Origin: Eledone cirrhosa
Taxonomy: Eukaryota
Assembly: GCA_964016885.1 (NCBI GenBank)
Contig: OZ024740.1
Coordinates: 49,600,001 to 49,664,000 of the forward strand
DNA: 64,000 nucleotides
Reading direction: 5' to 3'
In this document: positions 53,082 to 64,000 of the stretch, in pieces
Layout of the letters: each line of letters begins with the position of its first letter
Numbering within the stretch: the stretch's first letter is position 1
Notes under the pieces: generated by a model
What the model saw: only the letters and a program-made list of their open reading frames with translations
What the model was told of the DNA's origin: nothing
Databases searched by the model: none
Made by a program: the position numbers and the translations under genes

Positions 53082-56000
53082 CCTTCTAATTTCATTTTAC
53101 ATTATATACATGTCTGTGTACATTCAATTATATATTGATCATGCAGCTTCAATAAAATTAAATGCTAACAAATGATATGTACATTAAGTATTGTATAGAT
53201 TATAAGTGTATATTTTTGAATCTTTTATTGCACAAGCAACAATAAGAGCTATATGCAATTAAAATGCAAATCATTCTGTCTTTCTTAAATAGCTCCTCAT
53301 AATTTCTTTCGTTCCACAGAATTTTCACGGATCACACTAGTTTCAAATAAATTACTATTAGTGCATTTTTACTGATTAGGCTGGTTGAGCCGCCAATGAC
53401 AACATAAATTCGGCTATATATTTGCTTGCTATGCTCGCAGATTTTCATTTTCATATTAATAGTTGTGTGATTAATTATCTCCGTATCACTTGTGCAGAGA
53501 TGTAGTCCAATTCCAAAGTCAATATATTTTTTCGTTTAAAATTCCATTAAGCGAAAGTGATCAGAATATCGCCTGTTGTTCTGAGCTCAATAATATGCAT
53601 GATGAGCCATTAAAACTTGCCTTAAATGCGAAGCATTCATGGTGCCATATACTTTTATAAGAGCATCTCCACTAGATATAGCTTCAGCAATTATAGCAGC
53701 AGTGTGGACTGTTTTTTAATCATCAATTTTTATTTTCTGAGAGACTTTGTGTATTTAGTCGATTCCATTAATGGATACTTGGCACAATTTGATAGTTTCA
53801 AAACATTAGAAGTGGTTTTGAATTGTCATGGAGTCTGACGAGGGATAAGTGTCCTTCATTCTTTCCCCACATTTCTTTAATCATGATATCTGAACAAAGA
53901 TACAAGCCTGTATCTTTAAATATCATTACATCCAGAACTGCATTTTAACCCAGTTAGAAATGTTGAACCAGAAGAAAACAAAGTACATGCTATTTTTGCT
54001 ATACTCTTTATCTAATTCATGAAAAAAAAACTTTTGAATTAGTGAGTAATCTCCTTACTGCTATCAACCACAGATTCAGTCTTACTTCTACGATCGAGAC
54101 AGAACAAACAGTGGTACCACGCTGCAAATGTATTGAAAAGGGTGAAAAATGTCTCCGTCGCATGTGTCATACTCGCTATCAAATTGCACCGCTTACACTC
54201 CCGACACACTGTACAAGCAATATGTAAATATCCAGGTGAATCGATGATTCACTGTCTATTTGATTTCTTTCATTGGATTTATTACAAATTAAATATAACA
54301 GGGAGATCTAGGAGCTTTGAATAAATCTGAGCACGGCGCCAATGACAACTGAACTTACGACTATTCAAACGAAAGATCGACACCATATTTATTTGATCAT
54401 TGCAATCTCCCTAAATATTCAGTGAAATTATACTTTCAGTGACTAATATTTATTTGGCAATACCAAAACAAAACAAAAACAAAAACAAAAAGAACAAAAT
54501 AGGAAGAAAAAAGAAATAAAGATAAATTCAAAACAGATCTAATTTATTCGAAGAACTTTAAATATAGAATAAATTCGTTCCATAATTCCTTTCAAGAAAA
54601 TTACAAGCAAAACTATTTTTGCTTAAAAGGGAAACAAATTTAATATAAAAAATAATATATTTATATTCATATTTCTCTTTAAAATTTAAATAAATTTAAA
54701 TATATATTCCTTTGTTTAAATGTGAATTATATTGAATGCAAGGTATATTTTTTCTTTCCTTTGTGTCTTATAATAGGGTAATAATTTGTATCGGAAAATA
54801 ACATCAAATACTAGTGATGATTCAAATATCTAACTGGCTGCATATTCTTGACGCTGCTGAGTTGAAGATTGTTAAAATGGGATGGAATACATTTAATTAC
54901 GGTGTGGAAGTTAGGAATCGGAAGACTATTAAGAAGCAAACGAGAAGAGGATGATTGTTACTAAATGATTGATGAGTTAAATCGGTAACGAGAACAAAAT
55001 ACAATAGAGAAAAGAAAACAATAGAGACTTGGAAAGGAGAAAGGAACTGAAAATAAAACGAGAATGAAACTCAAGAATATAATAAGAGAAAATAGATTAA
55101 GGCATGTATGTAACAATGAAATACGATGAGAAAGGTAAAGGTTATAATTTATTACTAATTTATTTCCCCAAACCTTCAGCATTGTTGTAGTTGAAGTTGT
55201 TTTTGTTAATTTTGTTGTCAATTAGCTCCAGGTCAGCACTTTTCGAACAGACCATATGATAAAATACGTTCAACCCGTCATTTTGTATTTCTAAGAATAC
55301 AGCAACTACTGTTTTATTTAATTCGTGGGAACTATATTTCTATATTCTTTTTTAATAGATGAGTTCCGTAGTGATAGCTGGTTTTAGGAGTATTTAGTTA
55401 TCGTAGATGTGGTGTAGACAGGGAAATTTAGTGAAACACACTTGGCATACCAAAGAAAGGAAGGTAAAGGTTTAAGTTGAATGTTTTACTACCTTTAGAA
55501 TTATTATATTTTTAATTAGTGCCTGTAACACCAGAACCAGTTGGGGAAATAAAGGTTTCAGGTTCAATCCTTGTCCTAGCTTAGGAATATTACTTGAAGA
55601 CAATTGGAAATTACACTGATCGAGACGTTCTGCTCTCAACACATTTACGGCAAATAATTACTCTAAAACAGACAAAATCATATGTTCCCGGGTGTACAGT
55701 CTTTGTAATTAGAAAGTTCACAAAGTGGTAAATATTTTGCCTTTGAATTTTAGGGTGGTGTGATCAGATACCATTCATGCCTACCTATACATATTCTGTG
55801 AGAGAAAAAAATGAAGGAGCTAAAAACAAGAGTTAAAATCAGGTTGTAAACTTACTATTTATATATTACTATCAGAAAGAGCAAGTAAAATATGGAGGAA
55901 AATTTCATGTAAAATGACAAAGAGGACAGATTAAAGATTACAAGTTTAGAAGAAGAGCTTAAAGCAAGAACTCAGATAAAAAGGTACATGAAAATAGCGT

Positions 56001-57414
56001 AGGCAGATAAAGAGTATATGAATATACAAACACGATGAAGGAAGTAAAGAAACAAGATGACAAAAAAAATCTATAAAGAATATGTAAAATCTTTTATTTA
56101 GAAGAGTTTGAAAATCTATAAGGTTTACAGGCTGTCTCAGTTTGGGGAATTTTATAGAATAGCTAAATAAATACGTAATCTTATTTATTTCGAAAATTAG
56201 GGTCACTATAAAGAAACAATATATGTAAACAGGCGGCAAACACTCCAAGAACTGAAGAACATGGCGTACTCGTTCAAAAATTAGAATATTAGAACTAAAA
56301 GCCAATTCGGAGTTAATATAACGGCAAACCACCCCGAATCATTCGGCTGTTGTTAAATGAATATTTAACTTTGTTTCTGCACCATCATCGTTTAATAACC
56401 GGAATGACAAGTTTTACCCATTGGGAAACAACATAACATAAATGGTTTATATGTTCATACATACATTCACACATGTACAATCCATTAATGGCACAGTAAA
56501 AATATGTAAAACATTCCAAAACCTCTGCATCAAATAACTGCATATACACATGTACAGATACAAAGCATATACACATGCACACATACAACTCAAAACATAC
56601 ACATCCACACATACAATAACATCCATACCTGCACACACATGCATGCATGCATGCAGACATGCAGACATATCTACCTAGTTGATGTGTAAATTCCAATGAG
56701 AGAGTCTTATAACTATGTTAGAAAGCAACTCTCTCTCCAATGGCAAAAATTTGTGAAATTATAAAACCAGAAGAACATACATACATACATACATACATAC
56801 ATACATAGATACATACCTACATACATACATACATACATACATACATACATACATGATGGCTGCAAACACTGCTAATAGTATTGCAATCACTTGTCAGATT
56901 ACAGAAAATGGTGAACTTTTAGGCTACGGCCAGCCACACGAACCTGTAACAGATCCTGAATAAGAAATGCCTGTGCTTTGAAGGATTTTTTAAATGGCGA
57001 AAGGTCTTGCACTTTACATACATACATACATGGTGGCTGCCAACTCGTTTTCGAGTACGGCCACTACTTTATATCCATGTAGGAGAACCCCTACCGATGC
57101 GCTGAACGAGTGTGACATTTTAGTCCAGCCAGTGACTTGAAAACTCTGGTACAAACACTACACTTGTGACAATTATTGACACATAGTGCTGGGCCCATGG
57201 TACCATGTGACGACAAGTGCAGAGAGATCTCCAGATATAAAGCAATGCCTGTGCCGTGAAGCTTTTATAGTGAGCAAAGGCACTGCACAAAGCCAGTCCC
57301 ACTCTCTTAACCAAGATGATATTTACCAAAAAGAAGAACAAGTCAACATCATTGGATACCATCAGGGTTGCAGGTGTTATATCAGAGTTTTCCTTCTCCT
57401 AGAATTCTGCCTTG

Positions 57415-57658
57415 ACATACATACATACATACATACATACATACATACATACATACATACATACATGCATGCATGCATGCATGCATGCATGCATGCATAC
57501 ATACATACATACATACATACATACATACATACATACATACATACATACATACATACATACATGCATGCATGCATACATACATACATACATACATACATAC
57601 ATACATACATACATACATACATACATACATACATACATACATACATACATTCATACAT
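57415..57658. repeat. (CATA)n microsatellite with (CATG)n interruptions
   Basis: Direct reading of the sequence. Confidence 0.95.
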
Positions 57659-58235
57659 AAAAATAGTCTCACAGTCTAAATATGGCGTGTAAGGAAAATA
57701 TCAATTCAGCTCTGACTATCGTCGCAATTTTAAGACTGAATGTTAAGGTAATGAGTAGCAAGCAAATGAGGTAAATACGTATGCCAAATATATACGAAGG
57801 AATAAGGGTTGAACGTCATGGTGTGTTAACATTTTTCAACTATTCTTTATTGTATTCAAATATCTTTAACATGAAGAGTTTCTTAACGTCATTGTATGAA
57901 TTTATCTCATGATGTCTCTGTCAAGTCTGTTGGATAAACGTAAATTTAAACAAACTCGGTTCTTGATTATCAAATGAAATTTGAAGCTAGTGAATGAAAG
58001 GCTCGCCTGTGAATATATTTCTCCGATTTCATTCTGTTCTTGTTTGTCTTCCTTATCCTGCTCTCTCCAAAACCCCCTCTATTCTCTGTCTGTACGTCTT
58101 CTGACAGACTAGCACCCGAAACGCCAGTACTCTTTTCTATCTTCATGTAATGAGTTGCTCTCTAGTACTGTATTTTTCATGTTTGTCATATATACGTACG
58201 CATATAATACACACATACAAATATATATTCATATG

Positions 58236-59119
<884 letters not shown>

Positions 59120-59140
59120 AATATATATATATATATATAT

Positions 59141-59278
59141 AACGAAGGAATTGTGGTAAGGCACCAGATGGACCATAACGCACCAGAGTACTCAATACTT
59201 AGGGTAGTAGAGTGGGTAATAGGAAAAAGTATGACCCCGACGGCAGAGCTCAAGCCGTTTCGACGGCTATTTCTGGAG
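59141..59278 (-). mobile_element. Copy of the 140-bp TA-inserted element
   Basis: Homologous to 50078-50214. Confidence 0.85.
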
Positions 59279-59320
59279 ACCACACACAATATATATATAT
59301 ATACAAATACATCTGTATGC

Positions 59321-59482
<162 letters not shown>

Positions 59483-59802
59483 GTATATTAACCGAATATA
59501 ATTAAAAATAATTACTTAAGCAATGACATTTTCTAACTATCTAACAACTTTTAACGCTGACATTTCTATCTCGTGTTTAAGACCGTTAACAACAACACAT
59601 CTCATGTGTATGCTTAGACTGTATTGGTAAAATACCTATCTAGACTCACCATAATATTATTTCTACAGACACTATCACATATATTAATAACTAAATCAGG
59701 AAAATTACCTTTTTCCGTGACTGATAAACTTTAAGGATTCAATTGAAGTTGAAGGCACGTATTTGTGTGTTTGTGTTTGTGTGTGTGTGTTTGTGTTTGT
59801 GC

Positions 59803-59852
<50 letters not shown>

Positions 59853-60149
59853 TGGGCGTCTGTGTGTGTGTCTGTGTATGTCGAACACTCTGAGGTATGA
59901 AAAGACTTGATATTACAGATATCACAGATATCACGCCAAACCATTATACATCGACCACTACCTTGTTTTTGGGGCGAGCTCATTTGTGAGTAAAGACCGT
60001 GCTGGCAGTATAGAGACCATATTCTTCACATCGTTTTAGGAACAAGAGGCTATTGCAACATATCTTTCTCATACCGAATTTACCAAAATAGTTATATGCT
60101 TGCCAATTTTTTCCAAATCTGGTATTGAAATGCTGCAAAAAAATAATCA

Positions 60150-60900
60150 TATCTGACATGGATATTTTCCTGAGTATAATATTTTCCGGGGAACAACCCT
60201 TAACTCTTTATAAAATACAGTTTTGTTTTTATAAGAACTGGTCAAAGTAGGAATATATACACTAGTTATGTCGTTTATGTTGTCATGGCAAGAGCCACAA
60301 CTTTAGTTTCTAAAGGAATGGATTCAGTGTTGCATGTTAGCTAAATCACAAGGAGTTTAATTTTGGTGAGTATTTAGTAATAAAATACATTACTTTACAC
60401 ATATGTTGTTGCTCAGTTGCTGAATCACTACATTGATAGAAAGACATCAAAAGTTGACAAGGTTCGTCCTCAACAATTCTGTATATGTTGACCTAGAAAA
60501 AATTTCTAGTGAACGATTCCTTAATTTGTTGACGGTGTACTACTATCCTTTGTCGGGGTGTCACACCTGCTTGACTAATATAATTTCATGGTAACCTTTA
60601 GTCATTATAATATATATTAAATTATGAGTGATATGAAAAGCTCTTTTTTTTATTTCTCACACATCAAAAGCATTCCGACATCGACCCTATGACATTTTTA
60701 CATATATGTCTGCGATACTTTGTCCAAGCCAGCTTTCTCTTTTTTGAGTGTGTAGTGTGTTATTAAAACGGAATTTGTTTGGTATTTTTAGCATGTCAAG
60801 CCACCCTCACTTGCTCGAAATAGGGTTTTATTGTGAATAAAGCTGGATAAATTTTGAATATGCAAGAAATTTGAAATAGCAATGGCTTCAATGTCAAGAC
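60150..60900 (+). pseudogene. Possible ancient LINE RT relic
   Basis: Isolated motifs IQFCF (about 60214) and YVDLEK (about 60484) in the expected order; otherwise unreadable. Confidence 0.3.
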
Positions 60901-61084
60901 ATTTATGTATCTTACAACGACAGTTGACAGATCAATATTCTGCTACTAACGTTTAGGCATTCTGGTCACGTTATAATTTAACGATGTTTGATATAAAGAT
61001 GTTAACGAAGAATTATACATATCTAGTCGTGTCATGTGCCAGTCAAATCATGAATAAAGATTTCAAGATGATGTGTGTGTGTAA

Positions 61085-61132
61085 GAGAGAGAGCGGGGAG
61101 AGAGAAGAAGCACAGAGGAAGAGAAAATATAT

Positions 61133-61203
<71 letters not shown>

Positions 61204-61245
61204 AAGACAGAAAAAGAAAGAGAGAAAAAGAAAGAAAACAAGAAA
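61085..61245. repeat. (GA)n / purine-rich tract
   Basis: Direct reading of the sequence. Confidence 0.9.
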
Positions 61246-61669
61246 ATTTGTTGGATTCCTGTTACAGAAATAGTAACTATAGGAAATATTGATATTGTCA
61301 TTAAGATTCAGAATAACAAATAATCTGACGGACACAAAGGGGCTGAACTACGTGTCTTTACACCTGAGTTGGGATAAATAGTTTGAAGGGAACACGAAAT
61401 GCTGAGCGTTAAAACCCCTTTGATCCCAGGTCTACTGGATCAAAATTCCTGGGTTAAACAACAACAGCGACTATAACAACAATAAAAAAACTAATTCTGT
61501 TTAAATCTCATCTCTAAGATCCTAACTTTTAATTTTTCAAACCTTCATCAAATTGAAGATAAATTTATCTGCGAATAGTTAGCTAGCCTATAACTGGAAA
61601 TTCTATTTTTATTTTTTTATGAAATGATAACTATACAACCAAGTTTGATTTTGTTGCATGATCTTAAAG

Positions 61670-61918
61670 TGTGTGTGTGTGTGACAGCTCACACCTATGC
61701 AGGTTTAGATAGCCTCCTCCGAGGTATATCTCGTTGGAGGTGTCTTAGGTAATTCATTGATAGGGACCCCAGTCCTATCATCTCATTTATACAGCTGAGT
61801 AAACTGGAGCAACGTGAAATAAAGTGTCTTGCTCAAGGAAACAACACATCACCCGGTCTGAGAATTGAACTCACAACCTTTCGATTGCAAGCCCAATGCT
61901 CTAACCACTAAGCGATGC
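61670..61918 (-). mobile_element. tRNA-derived Meta-like SINE with a TSD
   Basis: Minus strand cttagtggttagagcattgggcttgc..gtgagttcaattctc head; ccttgagcaagacactt core; (CA)n tail; TSD gatcttaaag at 61660-61669 and 61919-61928. Confidence 0.85.
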
Positions 61919-62905
61919 GATCTTAAAGACATAGAATGTAATTCATAATCTAACACATAAGAGACTCTCTAATGGATTTTTCGCTTGGTATTTAGTTCTG
62001 AAACAAAAAGGATATACAAAAAAGATGAATAAAACCTGTTTCGTAGTTATCATTATTCTGAAAGCTAGCTTTCAAGAAAATGTACTCTGAACGGTAAACA
62101 CTCAATGTTCGACCATATAAATGGACGCAAAGCCTGCAGATTATGCTATGACGAAAAATGGTGGATATTGAATAATCTCCACGACAATAACAAATCGCTT
62201 AGCACACATACAGAATTCTTCCTGCGACGTTCTCACGTTTCTAAGACCCTTCTAAATAACTGGCCTCCTTAATATTGATTTATTCGTTTCTCCCCCAAAA
62301 TCATTCTAAATGTATTGATTATTTTCTTGCCCCCTCATATCTATTAGCTACTGAGCGTTTGTACGCCTTTTGCGGTCAAATTTTCTTCTCTAGACCATTT
62401 AGATAATTATCTGCCCTTGTTTGGGGTTCTTCCTTTTCCCCTATGGTTCTTACATTTCAACTTGCTCTACTGACTTGAGTTGCTCAATACCTTGGATAAC
62501 TTTACCAATCTATTACTGCAATATATATGTGTGTGTATGTGTGCCTCTGTATGTGTGTGTGTTTATGTGTGTTTATATGTGCATGCGTGTATGAGTGCAT
62601 GTATATGTATGCATGTGTCTGTATGCTTATATGCGTAAGTGTGTTTGTGAATGTGTGTTTGTGTGCGTATGTGTGTGTCTGTGTGTCCGTGTGTCCGTGT
62701 CATTAAGATCGTCTAGAATTAATAGGAATATGTTACGTTAATAACAACTGAATCCAAAATGAATAATGAACGGAGATAATTTTCAAATACATATGAAATT
62801 ATTTAACAATTTGTAATTCTATTTATATTTACAGCATTATATAGAAGTTTAAAACACTATTCCATATAAGTTATCTTAGTTTCGTTAAATCAATACAGTA
62901 ATTTA

Positions 62906-63071
62906 AATAACTATTTCTACTTTTGGCACAAGGCCAGTGCATTACTGGTACTTTATTTTATCGACCTCGTAAGGATGAAAGGCAAAGTTAACCTCGGCGG
63001 GAATTGAACTCAGATCATAAAGGGAGGTAACTCCATGCTTCAAAGCATGGCGCCCGACCCTCTACCGACAC
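62906..63071 (-). mobile_element. tRNA-derived Deu/Nin-like SINE
   Basis: Reverse complement closely matches 49780-49955. Confidence 0.85.
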
Positions 63072-64000
63072 CGATAATGAATTCCAAATTCAGTGAAAGA
63101 AAAATCGTTAGATATTTTCTGTAGAGATAATCTTTGATAATCACCCAGTAACCCAGACAGAAAAGTGTTTGTCGTAAAGTCTTGATTACATTGAACTTTT
63201 TAATGTATATTTCTTAATTTGTTTTAGATTGCGGATAAATGTGCAAGTCAAGGACAATTACATCAATCAATTTTATGACTCCAGACATATGATATTGCCA
63301 TGTTTTAACCGTTGTTTCATTTGCTGTTTTATTACTAAATTCCCTTGATATTTCAATTAAAATATTCACACATAAATGTGCTGCTGAGTTTATGTGTTTT
63401 GAAATGCTTCCAAATTATTCTTTTTGATTGATGTTTCTCCATTTCTCCATTTCTCCATTCTTTAAATGTGAACAAAGCCAACCAATTACATATCTAAACG
63501 AATTTTTATCTACCAAACAAGATGGCTATGTAGTTTCCTTTTCGTCATTTCAAGTATATATAAATGTTTTTAAACGTCTCCTTATCGTATTGTAAACATC
63601 ATAATTACTTTTAAATGACGTTCTAAACCTTAGTAATTCTGATTTCAATTTTATTGTTTTTTTTCCAATGTTGCGAATGACCAAAAATATAAAAGTTCTT
63701 AAACCAGTCATTAAACAGATGGTATGTTCGGTTTCGGAAGGGATCTAATACTCAATGTTGTTGATGCAGTTGTTTTTGTTGTTACTGTTGCTGCTGATGA
63801 TGATGATGAGGACGGTCATGTTTAACTACAAATTACTCCTGATCAAAGATGTTCCAGTTTTGAACTTCTGTTCTTTTTGTACATCCATGTCTAGATTAAC
63901 CAATATCTTCTTTCCTCTTTTTATTAGATGTTAGAATTTTATCAGAGGAGAAGCTTTTGCTACTATTTCCACGAGGTTTGAGCGAACACAACGAGACTTC

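Noticed and set aside
53300-53950. Kinase-like words on the minus strand (LIKVYG, YIDFGIG, YMAP)
   Set aside because: Different frames, inconsistent order and many stops; likely chance or unrecoverably decayed.
61840-61918. tRNA-like sequence with A and B boxes
   Set aside because: It is the head of a SINE with a body, tail and TSD, not a stand-alone tRNA gene.

Overview
Eukaryotic, AT-rich and microsatellite-saturated DNA with no host protein-coding gene that I can support. The SINE, LINE and Penelope-like repertoire looks like an animal genome, probably an octopus or other coleoid cephalopod (inference from recalled repeat families). Coding potential is confined to mobile elements: a decayed Neptune-type Penelope-like element (PLE; 9397-13140, -) plus the 3' end of a sister copy (1-1143, +); two Hydra-clade-like PLEs (32212-33935 and 46306-48410, both -); a head-to-tail Helitron trimer with a frameshifted RepHel ORF (17671-25612, -); an RTE LINE with an uninterrupted ORF and an inserted PHD-type finger (41788-45084, -); CRE-like 3' ends; and a hAT-like transposase relic. 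There are also several non-autonomous Helitrons and tRNA-derived SINEs. The most striking non-coding signal is more than 20 hammerhead-ribozyme (HHR) motifs from many unrelated PLE-type terminal sequences. They include U3-A8 covariant cores and versions with a 60-100 nt stem II insertion. About a dozen of these termini form tail-out fold-back mini-elements, mostly in (TA)n tracts. Most ORFs in the supplied track are microsatellite artefacts. All structures were read by eye and coordinates may be off by a few bases.
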